A DNA stretch of 64,000 nucleotides from Myxococcota bacterium (GCA_965140415.1 OZ223209.1:5440001-5504000), one strand, 5' to 3'; counted from the stretch's first letter, positions 12,299 to 22,435 are shown. The notes: generated by a model from the sequence alone, not told the origin. Numbers and translations are program-made.

Positions 12299-14620
12299 TT
12301 AGCCTCGCCATTTTGCACCCGTCACGTAGCGCTGCGTTTCGGGAATCGCATACAGGTCAAGCACCGCCTGCTCAATTTCCGATTCGATCATTTGTATTGC
12401 AGATTCATCACGAGGTATATAATCGTCATGTGCCGCCAGATAGGCACGTCGCTTACTAAGTTGATGCAACCGCTCTAAAGCTGTAAAAGGAAATTCTCCT
12501 TTAAACAGAGCTTTCGGAAGAGGCACACGGCGCAGCAGATGGCCATTGACTTCCAACCCCACCCCTCGGCGCTTGGCGTAGGTATCGAACCAGGTTGCCA
12601 ATAGGTCTGAATTCAAGATGGCACATAGCGCATAAAGGGAAAGTCCGTCCATCTTGGACAATACGACATTCAAGGAAAACGGTACGTAACACGGCGTTTC
12701 CATAACGGCAAAAGCCGGACGCCTTCCCAACTGGCGAGCGATGATTTTCGGCGTTTGCCAGAGCCGCTCATCGCGTGGCCAGTGTAAATGATACCAACAA
12801 TTGCGACCTCTAATCGTTTCCCGTCGAGCATCCATGATGGGACGAAAAGGTTCGAGATGCTTGATAATAACAGGAGCAAGCGTCGGGTCCGGTAGCGTGC
12901 GTTTCGTCGAATAGACGATATATTGAGCGCCAGACTCTTCCAGGCAGTAGCGGTGCAGATCCCTGGCGCGTGGGTATGAATGAATTAACTTGGCTTCGAA
13001 TTCGGAGACGTGCAGGGTCTTCCGTTCCCTTTCGGACAGTACAAAAACGCCTGCCTGAAGTGGATAGCGATTCTGAAAGCGTCGATTGATGGAAGGCGTA
13101 ACCCTGGCGGGATTCTCGGCGATTCCCTGTCGAATCGTGCAACATTGCTCCAGAAAACACCCCGTATCCAAAGCAGCTAAAACAGGTTGATCGGAAATAC
13201 GAAAAGAATGCGTCTGGCCGAATATCTCATCAAAAGAAACGTCCCGGTCGACAAAACGCCGTTTACCGGATAAAAGCGCTTCAGCTGTTACAGAAGAACA
13301 ATCGGGAGGTTGTCGCAATAACGTGCGGTCCTCTTGTTCACCTTGCTGCAACGTAAGGATCAAATGCTGTCCGGCGACCGAGGCAAACACCGGTAAGTCC
13401 TGCAACAAAGTCAACTCCGTTACATGGGCACAATGCTTGATATGTTCGATCAACGGCGAGGCGTATTTTGAGTTTAGCCAGTAGCTCGGCAGAATAAATG
13501 ACACGCGCGCCTGCGCTGTCATACATTGCAGCGAACGATGCAGAAAGTAATGCCATAAATCCATACGAGGCGCATGGAAGCGGCGCCCCAACTCACTCTC
13601 GGCCAGTCGATCCAGTTGGGTTTTGTGCTGCCGTTCACGAAGGTAGGGCGGGTTACCAACGATGATCTCGAAACGTTCGCTCCATGCATTGCCATTGGAA
13701 AAGGACGATTCATCCGCAAGAAAATCACCACAAAGTAAATGAGAAAAGAGAGAGCCATCAGCAAAAAGCGCCTTACAATCGTTCTCCCGCATGGATGCAT
13801 GGGAAAAACAATGAGCCAGGGTTTCCCACAACAAAGTCAAGCGTGCAAAGCGAATGGCACAGGCATCGATATCCACTCCGAATAGTTGCCTGCGCAGAAT
13901 CGAAAGACACTGTTGGAGATCAACGGTCCCGCCTTGGGTTTGCCCTATGAGGCGGCGATATGTTGCCAGTAAAAACGCTCCGGCTCCACAGGCCGGATCC
14001 AATATACGAGTGGAAGCGGCAAGGGCTTCGCCCGTTGGCATCACGCGCTCCAACATGTAGTTCACCACAAAAGCTGGTGTATAGAATACGCCTTGCTGCT
14101 TGCGCTTGTAATTGCGCAGGTTAGCGAGTAAGCCGGAACTCGTCCGTTTGAGGGGATGAGAGAGGATCCACTCGTAAGCCTGTCCGATCACCTCCGCATC
14201 CGGTGCAGATGCAGCTTGCAAAGATTCGGAAAGAGTATGCAACCAATGGTCCAGCACGGACTTTGTGAAAACCAAACGGCGATACGATAAAGCCGTGTTC
14301 AGATCCGTGTATAATCCCCTGCTGCCGCATTGCTGCTGTAGGATAGCTACGAAATCAACCGCTTTGATACGATTACCCGGTAACGAGTTAAGATCGTTTC
14401 TGGCGCTGTCGATGAGATTCGAAGCAGATGCAGTATAGAGAGTGAAGAGTTGAAAGGTCCACAGTTCCGATAACAACGCAGAAAGGCTTTGATCCACTGT
14501 CGCCAGATCCGCTGTGGAGTCCCGGAGATTTCCAAGGGTATCTTTTGCCAGGCATAGCCGCAATTCGCGGGCTTCCTGCAAAAAACGCTTAGTGGGGGTC
14601 GCTTTGGCTGACACCTTCAT
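12299..14620 (-). CDS. N6-adenine DNA methyltransferase (Eco57I/TaqI-like, gamma class) with C-terminal target-recognition region
   Basis: GVFYTP, motif I ILDPACGAGAFL, FGVDID, motif IV IVGNPPY, TaqI_C-like WYHLHWPR...PKII.RQ...ILNS. Confidence 0.9.
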   Translation of the reverse strand: MKVSAKATPTKRFLQEARELRLCLAKDTLGNLRDSTADLATVDQSLSALLSELWTFQLFTLYTASASNLIDSARNDLNSLPGNRIKAVDFVAILQQQCGSRGLYTDLNTALSYRRLVFTKSVLDHWLHTLSESLQAASAPDAEVIGQAYEWILSHPLKRTSSGLLANLRNYKRKQQGVFYTPAFVVNYMLERVMPTGEALAASTRILDPACGAGAFLLATYRRLIGQTQGGTVDLQQCLSILRRQLFGVDIDACAIRFARLTLLWETLAHCFSHASMRENDCKALFADGSLFSHLLCGDFLADESSFSNGNAWSERFEIIVGNPPYLRERQHKTQLDRLAESELGRRFHAPRMDLWHYFLHRSLQCMTAQARVSFILPSYWLNSKYASPLIEHIKHCAHVTELTLLQDLPVFASVAGQHLILTLQQGEQEDRTLLRQPPDCSSVTAEALLSGKRRFVDRDVSFDEIFGQTHSFRISDQPVLAALDTGCFLEQCCTIRQGIAENPARVTPSINRRFQNRYPLQAGVFVLSERERKTLHVSEFEAKLIHSYPRARDLHRYCLEESGAQYIVYSTKRTLPDPTLAPVIIKHLEPFRPIMDARRETIRGRNCWYHLHWPRDERLWQTPKIIARQLGRRPAFAVMETPCYVPFSLNVVLSKMDGLSLYALCAILNSDLLATWFDTYAKRRGVGLEVNGHLLRRVPLPKALFKGEFPFTALERLHQLSKRRAYLAAHDDYIPRDESAIQMIESEIEQAVLDLYAIPETQRYVTGAKWRG

Positions 14621-14635
14621 TCGTTACGAGCCGGC

Positions 14636-16720
14636 CTACCAGCAATTCCATTCGTCGGAATTGTCGCCGCAATCATCCCAGCCGTCGCATTCCCAATAGT
14701 ACGGAATGCATTCGCCGTTGTCACATTCGAAATCCCAGTAATCGCAGCCGCAGTCACGCTCATCGGAGTTGTCGTCGCAATCGTCCCAGCCATCGCAAAC
14801 CCAGGAACTCGTAATGCAGTTGCCATTGTCACAGGTGAATTCATAGGATTCACAACTGGACCAGCCGCAGTCTACCGGATCTTCGTCCGAGCCATCCGAG
14901 CAATTGTCGGTGTGGTTGCAAGCCTGCGCCTGTGGGATGCATTCGCCGTTGTCGCAGGTAAACTCATTTGCTAAACAGGGGCAGCCTTGCTCGTCGGAAC
15001 CATCGCTGCAATCGGTGGAGCGGTCGCACTGCCAACCAGCCGGGATGCATTCTCCATTGTCGCAGACAAACTCATCCGCGGCACAACCGCAGTTCTGCTC
15101 GTCGGAAGCATCCGGGCAATTCACCGCACCATTACAGTAGGAGGTCGTTGCGATACAGGTTCCATCGCTGCATTGCCACTGGTTGGCCGCGCAGTTGCAG
15201 TTCTGTTCGTCTTCACCCTGTAGACAATCTTCTCTGCCGTCGCACACATATTGCAGTGGAATGCACAGGCCATCCAAACAGGCGAATTCTTCAGAGCTAC
15301 AGGTATTGGAACAATCGACTTCATCCTGGCCACGCGGACAATCGTTTACGCCGTTACAAACCCAGCCATCCGGGATGCACAGTCCCGCACCGCAATCGAA
15401 CTCGTTACGCGCACAGTCACTGGTACAACCGTTCTCGTCCGCTGCATTTGCACAATCGTTGAATCCATCGCAGACCCAGTCCAAGGGAATGCAGGTGTAA
15501 TCCGGGCAAGTGAATTCCTCTGCGGTGCAATCCACCGGACAATTCGCCTCGTCCTCACCCTGCGGACAATCGCTTACGCCATCGCACTTTTTATCCAGTT
15601 CGATACAACTCCCATCGTTGCAGGTATACTGCTGATCGGTACAGGGGCAATCCTGTTCATCTTCACCGGAAGGACAGTTATCCGTGCCGTCGCAAACCTT
15701 GGTCAATGGAATGCAGGAATCGTCGTTGCAAGTGAATTCGTCCTCACCACAACCACAATCCGCCTCATCTTCACCGAAAGGACAATCCCGGTTTCCATCG
15801 CATTGCAGACTCTGCGCGATGCAGGAGCCATCACTACACGTGTATTGATCGTCCGCACAGCCACAGTCCGCTTCATCGGAGCCGTCAGCGCAATCCTGGT
15901 TGCCATCGCAGAGCAATGTCAACGCAATGCAGGCACCATCATTACATTCAAATTGCGTATCGGTGCATTCACAATCGATCTCGTCCGCGCCATTGTCACA
16001 GTCCCGCACACCGTTGCAAACCAGGCGCAGGTGGATGCACTGCTCGTCGGAACAGCGGAATTCGACATCGCTGCATACGATCGGACAATCCAGTTCATCT
16101 TCGCCGTGAGCACAATCCTCGGTTTCGTCACAAACCTTTTCCGCTGCAATACAGACCGCATCACGGCAGCGATACTCCGTCGCCGAACAGGGAGCCGGGC
16201 AACCTATTTCGTCTTCTCCGGTGGCGCAGTTTTCCAACCCGTTACACCGTTGCCAGTAGCGGATGCAAGCGCCATCATTGCAGGCAAAGTCATCACCGCG
16301 ACATTCGCTGCCCCAATCTTCATCGCCTTCCGGTTCCGCTTCCGCTTCCACATCCGGGTCCGCTTCGATTTCCGCAAGGTCAATGTCCATCTCGCCTGCA
16401 TCGGAATCCATCTCCGTCGAATCGCCATCTACCGGCAGGTCGGGTTCACTGTCGTGGTCCCCATCCGGTTGAATCTGATCGCCGTCTGCGCTCACGTCGG
16501 TTTCCGCTTCCGTCTCGGATTCACCCTCACCCGATTGCGATTCCACATCAAGATCGAGGTCACCATCCTCTCCATCACCGAGTTGATTGGGATTGACGGG
16601 ATTGTAGCTCCATTCTTCCGCATCCTGATCGCCATCCGCTCCACTATCGCTGCCTGCACAGGAAATCCCGGCAAACGCCAGAACCAGTGCGACCAGTAAC
16701 AACCATCGAAAACCTGTCAT
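14636..16720 (-). CDS. Lipoprotein with acidic DGD linker and 15 tandem LDL-receptor class A repeats
   Basis: Start MTGFRWLLLVALVLAFAGISC (lipobox-like Cys); 15 six-Cys units with consensus CxxxxFxCxDGxCIxxxWxCDGxxDCxDGxDExxC. Confidence 0.9.
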   Translation of the reverse strand: MTGFRWLLLVALVLAFAGISCAGSDSGADGDQDAEEWSYNPVNPNQLGDGEDGDLDLDVESQSGEGESETEAETDVSADGDQIQPDGDHDSEPDLPVDGDSTEMDSDAGEMDIDLAEIEADPDVEAEAEPEGDEDWGSECRGDDFACNDGACIRYWQRCNGLENCATGEDEIGCPAPCSATEYRCRDAVCIAAEKVCDETEDCAHGEDELDCPIVCSDVEFRCSDEQCIHLRLVCNGVRDCDNGADEIDCECTDTQFECNDGACIALTLLCDGNQDCADGSDEADCGCADDQYTCSDGSCIAQSLQCDGNRDCPFGEDEADCGCGEDEFTCNDDSCIPLTKVCDGTDNCPSGEDEQDCPCTDQQYTCNDGSCIELDKKCDGVSDCPQGEDEANCPVDCTAEEFTCPDYTCIPLDWVCDGFNDCANAADENGCTSDCARNEFDCGAGLCIPDGWVCNGVNDCPRGQDEVDCSNTCSSEEFACLDGLCIPLQYVCDGREDCLQGEDEQNCNCAANQWQCSDGTCIATTSYCNGAVNCPDASDEQNCGCAADEFVCDNGECIPAGWQCDRSTDCSDGSDEQGCPCLANEFTCDNGECIPQAQACNHTDNCSDGSDEDPVDCGWSSCESYEFTCDNGNCITSSWVCDGWDDCDDNSDERDCGCDYWDFECDNGECIPYYWECDGWDDCGDNSDEWNCW

Positions 16721-17062
16721 GTTCTTATTTCTTTCACGTCCCGGCATACACAGATATCCGTTTCGCTGCATTGCATCGCAGCCTGGATCGATTCGGTTAA
16801 AACAAATCGAAAGTAATGATCACGTCCTAGAGGCACTATACTCATTTCTGCCCATCAAGTAATCGTGATGTGCCATGGTCTCACGGAATGTAAATTCCGG
16901 GAGGCCGTGTGTATCTTATTGAAAGCACACAGCCTTCCACGATCTTCGATCGCGTAAGACTATGCCACAACTTCTTGGAATCGGTGGCTAAAAATGACTA
17001 ATACCTCCAATAAAGCAGTGGTCATTGTATCCGAAATACACGACAATTGCCAGTGACACCGC

Positions 17063-20000
17063 TTATTTGCAAAAGCGGCGACGACACACAGCCAGCAGAG
17101 CGACAAATCCCCACCACATCGTTCCAGTTGAAGCAGGAATTTGATTGCAACCGCCTCCATCGTCTGCGTCGTCCAAATCGCCCACAGACAGATCCTCATC
17201 CGAATTCGATTGCGGCGCTTCTTCTATTTCCAAATCGACGTCACCGGCGACGGTGCCATCTTCGTCTCCATCTGGAAACTCGTATTCCGCTTCCTGTTCG
17301 TCCTCGTCGCCAGGCCCTTCTTTTTCTGTTTCGAATTCCCGTTCTTGTACATCCAAATCCAAATCACCATCGGGTACGAACTCGATATCCTCTTCCGTCG
17401 CATCCCGTTCCAGATCGCCGTCCCCTTCCGGTTGTGCTTCATCGAGCGTTCTGAAGCGACATGGTTCATCATTAAACACGGAGAGGTTTTCCGCGATATC
17501 GTAAGCCATAATCAGGCAACTGTAATCGGTGTCCGGGGTCAACCCCTGAAAGCGTACTTCCTGTTCTGTCGCCGCCACCGGAACGACAAACGACAATTGC
17601 TCGCGATCGCCTGTATTTTCATCCGTCACCAGCACAAGGCCGTTTGTAGCTTCATCGGTACGCCATGAAAGCAGAGCAGATTCAGCCTCGATTTCGGAAA
17701 GCTCGACGTCAGTAAAAACGGGCGATTCGCAATCCATCATCGCCGTTGCATTAACAAACACGGTTTGTCCGTCGCAATCGGCGTCATCGTAGCCCGCGAA
17801 GAACGTCTCGCCATGCGCCACGGGCAAGGGATCGTTTCCGTTAAAATCCAACCAGGCGCTGAATTGCCCTGTGTCTTCACCACTTTCCGTCAAAACGAAG
17901 GAAACAGCCCCAGAAGCGCGGCGTGCCAATTCCACCTCAGTATCTATTTCATCTTCGTTTTCGCTGTCCGAATCAACATCTGCGTCGCCATCCAAATCAC
18001 TATCTGTATCACTATCTGTATCGCCATCCGCAGGAGTTTCCTCCGTCCACAGCCACACCTGGACGCTGTCTACGCTTTGCGAATCCACATTCAGATCCCA
18101 ATCCGACAACGTAATTTTCAGACCGTTTTCGCAAGAAGCCACCGTTCGATCCAGCCACAATTCGCCGCAACTCACCGGCAGTGCTGGAATTCGCGCCGAA
18201 AACGGCAGGGCATCCGCCGCCGTAATCAGCAAATCCGCCGTTTGATCGCCTGCAACCGGAAGCGTGAAATTTACTTGCCCGGCATTGTCTCCCTGCGCGA
18301 CGACGACCGCCTCACCGATCGTCAATACAGCCGTTACTTCCTTAGCCGCTTCACCGTTACGCAAAACGCTTAAAGAGAACTCAGACCCCGTTTGCAATGG
18401 CAGCGCTTCGGGTAGTTCCACTTCAAGCGGCAAAGGATCGCTCAAACGAATCAGGCCGGTTGGATCGCCGAACAAAACGTATTGAGAAAGCACATCCTCC
18501 ACGTTTTTACCATCGCCATAAGCAGCCAATAGTCGCAGCATCCCGCCCAATAGCGCTCCACCCAATCGTTGAGAAAAATTGAATAAACTGCTCGTAACGC
18601 CCTCGCCCAACTCGGCGGATTCATCCCAGGCGGTTGGCGTGCTGCTGGCGTAAATCGCCACCGAACCATGTGGACCGTGGCGCATCCACGCTTCCGCAAA
18701 ACTCGGCTCCAATTGCCTGAACGCGCCGTTGGTGCAGGAAACATCCATTACAAAAGGAACGCGCGGGGCATTTTGCAATAACAAAACATCCGCGTAGTTA
18801 TAGGGCGGCTGGGTGGTCGTCCATTCCACACCATTTCCGTGACCCATGTAAATCGCGAACCCACGCCCCTGGTTGAATGCATTCTGAATCAACTCCGCCG
18901 TGTCATTTCCCACGCTGTGATACAGTTTGTTGACGCTTTCGAAACCGTGATCCAATAACAGCGCCGAGATGCGATCCAGGCGCTCGTCGTCGTTTTCACC
19001 CAATCCCAGCGACTGCGAAGAACTGATTGCCAAACCTTTTTTAAAGCTGGCTCCCTGCCTCCCTGTCGGCGGCGTCTGGGCATATGCCAGTAATTTTTCT
19101 AGTTGCGCCGTCAATTGTTCCAGGTTCTGCGCACTCAACCGCCCGGTTAGTAATTCAGGAAAAAGATCGTCACCATCAAGTAATCCATAACGAAAATCTT
19201 GATCGCTGTTATCCACGCCCACAACGGTCGGAACCTGTGCTGCATCGCCCACAAGTAACAACATATCTGGAGTAGGTTGTAGGGTTTGATAGGCAGTGAG
19301 TAAGCTTTGCTTGATTTCCTCGCTGGTTCCACCAGCTTCCGAAACCGGAATCACGCTAACCACCCATCCGCTGGCTCGTTTCCAGGCGACGTACTCCTCA
19401 AGCGCCGGAATGAATTCGTCGTAAGCGACGATCAACAGATGCCCTAAAGCCTCGCCGTTAACACGTTCGTGCGGCAAAACGCGATCTGACGCCAAAATCG
19501 TGGTCATTGCTCGCGCAAAGATCGCGGAATCATTGGGTAATCGCTTGCCGTACGGACGGTGCAATGTTAATGTCACCTGCGCAGTACCATATACCGTCAA
19601 CGCACTACCCGCCGCAACGTATACAGTTGGATTCAGTTGCACGCGCAGCAGATCGACATCACGGAAACGATACGGGCCGCTAAGCTGTATCGGCTGCTCC
19701 GGAAAAGCATTTGTGCTGTGATAACGGTCGCTTTCGAGTTGAAACGCCGGTTGCGCCCCGTTCACGCAGCGACAACGAGACGGCTGAGCCGGCCATACTT
19801 TTATCTGACTGTAATGATGCGGATCGGAGAAATTTACGGAGGCAGTGACCGTTGCACCTCGCGGGACGGCAACCAAGCGCCCGACGGTCGGCAAAGCCGG
19901 AAGTCCGACTTCCCGAAGATGGCCTTCACCGGGGAAATCAAGCTGCTGAAAACGTGTATTCTGCGCCTGCCGCTGAGTTTCGTAGAAACCGGGAATATGG

Positions 20001-20200
20001 AAAGTCAGTTTAAGCGAATCGGAAGTTGGCTGCTCGATCTGTACCGTTGGTCCAGCGGGAGATAAGTCACCGGATTTATTGAAAGTTCGCCATTCTGCCG
20101 CCTGCGCGATGGTGCAAACAAACAAGATCCCCAACACGCCGAGAATACGTCCCAGGTGGCAGCAATGGAACCCGAACCTGCTTTTCGTTAACCGCACCAT
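17063..20200 (-). CDS. Gingipain-like C25 cysteine peptidase with propeptide, FN3-like domain and MYXO-CTERM-like sorting tail
   Basis: Signal peptide ending AQA; propeptide VGLPALP; LLLVGD; catalytic YMGHG and DVSC; YVLFGDP; WRTDEAT...GLTPDTDY; tail DDGGGC...WWGFVALLAVCRRR; RBS GGAGG before ATG 20200. Confidence 0.88.
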   Translation of the reverse strand: MVRLTKSRFGFHCCHLGRILGVLGILFVCTIAQAAEWRTFNKSGDLSPAGPTVQIEQPTSDSLKLTFHIPGFYETQRQAQNTRFQQLDFPGEGHLREVGLPALPTVGRLVAVPRGATVTASVNFSDPHHYSQIKVWPAQPSRCRCVNGAQPAFQLESDRYHSTNAFPEQPIQLSGPYRFRDVDLLRVQLNPTVYVAAGSALTVYGTAQVTLTLHRPYGKRLPNDSAIFARAMTTILASDRVLPHERVNGEALGHLLIVAYDEFIPALEEYVAWKRASGWVVSVIPVSEAGGTSEEIKQSLLTAYQTLQPTPDMLLLVGDAAQVPTVVGVDNSDQDFRYGLLDGDDLFPELLTGRLSAQNLEQLTAQLEKLLAYAQTPPTGRQGASFKKGLAISSSQSLGLGENDDERLDRISALLLDHGFESVNKLYHSVGNDTAELIQNAFNQGRGFAIYMGHGNGVEWTTTQPPYNYADVLLLQNAPRVPFVMDVSCTNGAFRQLEPSFAEAWMRHGPHGSVAIYASSTPTAWDESAELGEGVTSSLFNFSQRLGGALLGGMLRLLAAYGDGKNVEDVLSQYVLFGDPTGLIRLSDPLPLEVELPEALPLQTGSEFSLSVLRNGEAAKEVTAVLTIGEAVVVAQGDNAGQVNFTLPVAGDQTADLLITAADALPFSARIPALPVSCGELWLDRTVASCENGLKITLSDWDLNVDSQSVDSVQVWLWTEETPADGDTDSDTDSDLDGDADVDSDSENEDEIDTEVELARRASGAVSFVLTESGEDTGQFSAWLDFNGNDPLPVAHGETFFAGYDDADCDGQTVFVNATAMMDCESPVFTDVELSEIEAESALLSWRTDEATNGLVLVTDENTGDREQLSFVVPVAATEQEVRFQGLTPDTDYSCLIMAYDIAENLSVFNDEPCRFRTLDEAQPEGDGDLERDATEEDIEFVPDGDLDLDVQEREFETEKEGPGDEDEQEAEYEFPDGDEDGTVAGDVDLEIEEAPQSNSDEDLSVGDLDDADDGGGCNQIPASTGTMWWGFVALLAVCRRRFCK

Positions 20201-20319
20201 CGATTTCCCTCCATATTCATTCACTTTACAGGGAAATCAGCCATGCTGTCAAAGCGAATTCGCTTCGTTAATATAAGTACAAATGTACAGGCGATTTAAG
20301 TGGAATCGTTTCTATCGAA

Positions 20320-20661
20320 TCACCCGACATGATCGAAAAGAGAGAGAACGGAGGCTTTCAGATTGGGAAGTTTGTTTTGCATTACATCCCATAAAATTTG
20401 CAAGTTGACTCCAAAATATTCGTGAACGAGAATGTTTCTCAGTCCAATGATTTTATGCCATTCAATATCAGTGTTTTTACTTCGTAAATCTAACGACAAG
20501 CGGTTGGAGGCTTCTCCGATTATCTCAAGGTTTCGCACGACTGCATCTATGGTTTTTTCATCTTCCGAGAAAAGCTGAAAATCCATACCCGATGAATAAC
20601 GCTGAATCTTGCCAATCGCTTCCAGAATATCATCCAGATAGACACGCTCATCCCTCGGCAT
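20320..20661 (-). CDS. HEPN (DUF86/HepT-like) ribonuclease toxin
   Basis: DAVVRNLEIIGEA and R-x4-H motif RNILVHEY; overlaps the upstream MNT gene. Confidence 0.92.
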   Translation of the reverse strand: MPRDERVYLDDILEAIGKIQRYSSGMDFQLFSEDEKTIDAVVRNLEIIGEASNRLSLDLRSKNTDIEWHKIIGLRNILVHEYFGVNLQILWDVMQNKLPNLKASVLSLFDHVG

Positions 20662-20944
20662 GAACGGCCTCTTTCAAGATGTACGGCTTTAGACGTGATT
20701 TCAGTGTTTCTTCCAATACAAGATCGACCGGCATACCGAACAATTCTTCCAGGCGAAATTTCAGATCCATGTAGTGGTCGAAGGATGGCTGCTTGAAAGA
20801 CACGAGAATATCGATATCACTACCCTGCTGTTGCTCATTGCGAACGTGAGAACCAAAAAGAGCGAGCGTTTCCACTCCGAATTTTTCTTTAAATTCGGTA
20901 CGATGCTTACTCAGTACGTCGATTATGGATTCTTTCGAATGCAC
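20648..20944 (-). CDS. Minimal nucleotidyltransferase (MntA-like) antitoxin
   Basis: LFGS...SDIDILV and VDLV motifs; 98 aa. Confidence 0.92.
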   Translation of the reverse strand: MHSKESIIDVLSKHRTEFKEKFGVETLALFGSHVRNEQQQGSDIDILVSFKQPSFDHYMDLKFRLEELFGMPVDLVLEETLKSRLKPYILKEAVHAEG

Positions 20945-21043
20945 AACACCCTCATCTCTTCAAAGCTAGTTTATGATAACCGATACGTTTTCGAAATGCC
21001 AGTTTTTGAAATAGAGAGGAATTCGCTTCGCGACAATCAGAGT

Positions 21044-21631
21044 TCACTTTATTGTTTCTGTCCAGTGCTGCAATTCATCCAAACGATTGATATTGATGAA
21101 ACTTTCCAGCTCCGGGTCATGTTCTTCAAGGATTTCCTGCTCGATGTAAGCCACATTCAAGCGCGCGTAGAAATCGGTCATTTTATAACGCTGCCGTTCC
21201 AACTGATCGAGCAACACGGGCCGAATTCGCGTTGCTACGCGCGAAAACAAAGGCTCTGCGAAACCATGAACCATGGGGACAAGCAGATCCGCCTCGGGCG
21301 CGGTAGATAGCATATATTGTACTAGTTCCTTGCGGATAAAAGGCATATCGCAAGCCACTAAAAAAATCTGTGGAGTTTTCACCGCTGCCAAAGCAGTAGC
21401 CAGTCCACCGAGCGGACCACAGCCAGGGCGCTCGTCGCCGATGATCGGAAGGTTAAATTCCTTATAAATATCAGGTGTATTGGTGACCAGCAGGAGATCG
21501 TCGAAGGACTCCGAAAGTGTATCCAGTTGCCGTTGTAAAATGCTGCGTCCGCCAATTTCGCACAAGCCTTTCGCTTGTCCGCCCAGGCGTTCCGCTTTTC
21601 CGCCACAAAGAATCACCAGCGTGCAAGTCAT
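21044..21631 (-). CDS. mobA: Molybdenum cofactor guanylyltransferase
   Basis: ILCGGKAERLGG.K, GPLGG, ACDMPF, EPL, FININ. Confidence 0.9.
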   Translation of the reverse strand: MTCTLVILCGGKAERLGGQAKGLCEIGGRSILQRQLDTLSESFDDLLLVTNTPDIYKEFNLPIIGDERPGCGPLGGLATALAAVKTPQIFLVACDMPFIRKELVQYMLSTAPEADLLVPMVHGFAEPLFSRVATRIRPVLLDQLERQRYKMTDFYARLNVAYIEQEILEEHDPELESFININRLDELQHWTETIK

Positions 21632-21784
21632 TGAAGCGCCACCTCTTTCTCAATGCGATGAGCATCATTTCCAGCAGTATCACCCGGAAGCAAGGCTTTG
21701 ACAAGCAAATCCGACGGCAAAGGCTTTGCGGCTGCGAAACGCTGTGCTATGCTCCCTTGCGTTACGATCCCAGTACCATTGGAT

Positions 21785-22345
21785 ATGCACATGGCGACCT
21801 TGCCGGAAACTCTAACCGCTCGAAATTGGGCGAGTATTTTTGATGACCTTACGCGCGCGAGTGCGCTTGGAAAATCCTTGCCTGATTGGGAAGAAATGCT
21901 CGGTTCATCGTTGCGTGTTTTGCATGGTCATAACCAGCGTCTTTGGCGGTTGGAAGATGAGATTCGGCGCACCGGGATCGAAGCTGAAAACGTGGTGAAA
22001 CTCAAACGGGAAATCGACCGGGAAAACCAGTTGCGCAACGATGCCATGGAGCGCATCGATGAGATTCTGCTACAACAACTGGCACAAGCTGGAATCACTC
22101 AAAATGAGGAAGCACCCCCCTATTCCGAATCGCCTGGCTCCATTGCAGATCGGTTTTCTATCTTATCATTGCGTATTGCAGCGCTTTCTCGGAGCGACTT
22201 AAAAGACGATCACACACGTTTATCGGAAGCACTGGCGCAGCGACAAGACTTGATTGCGGCATTGGATCTACTGCTTGAAGATATCGCCTCTGGACGTCGC
22301 CGTTTCCGCATCGGGCGAAAATTGAAATTGTATCATGCAGGATAA
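21785..22345 (+). CDS. DUF4254-like protein
   Basis: NQRLWRLEDEIR...KREIDRENQLRND..ERID...ESPGSIADRFSILSLRI...KLY; start uncertain (21698/21785/21791). Confidence 0.75.
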   Translation: MHMATLPETLTARNWASIFDDLTRASALGKSLPDWEEMLGSSLRVLHGHNQRLWRLEDEIRRTGIEAENVVKLKREIDRENQLRNDAMERIDEILLQQLAQAGITQNEEAPPYSESPGSIADRFSILSLRIAALSRSDLKDDHTRLSEALAQRQDLIAALDLLLEDIASGRRRFRIGRKLKLYHAG

Positions 22346-22374
22346 CTCTTGGTTGGAGACTTGTCTGCCATAAT

Positions 22375-22406
22375 AAAACCGCCCCAATCAAACGATCGGG
22401 GCGGTT
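22375..22406 (-). terminator. Intrinsic terminator after prxU (possibly bidirectional)
   Basis: aaccgcccc...ggggcggtt hairpin between convergent genes, A-run on the left side. Confidence 0.7.
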
Positions 22407-22435
22407 CGTTAACGTAAGCAAAACGTTTGCATTCG

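Noticed and set aside
14636-16310. Regularly spaced repeats as a CRISPR array
   Set aside because: Units are degenerate at DNA level, in frame and protein-coding; no cas genes
15251-16699. 482-aa + strand ORF and other overlapping ORFs in the LDLa gene
   Set aside because: Antisense shadows of a repetitive coding sequence; no motifs
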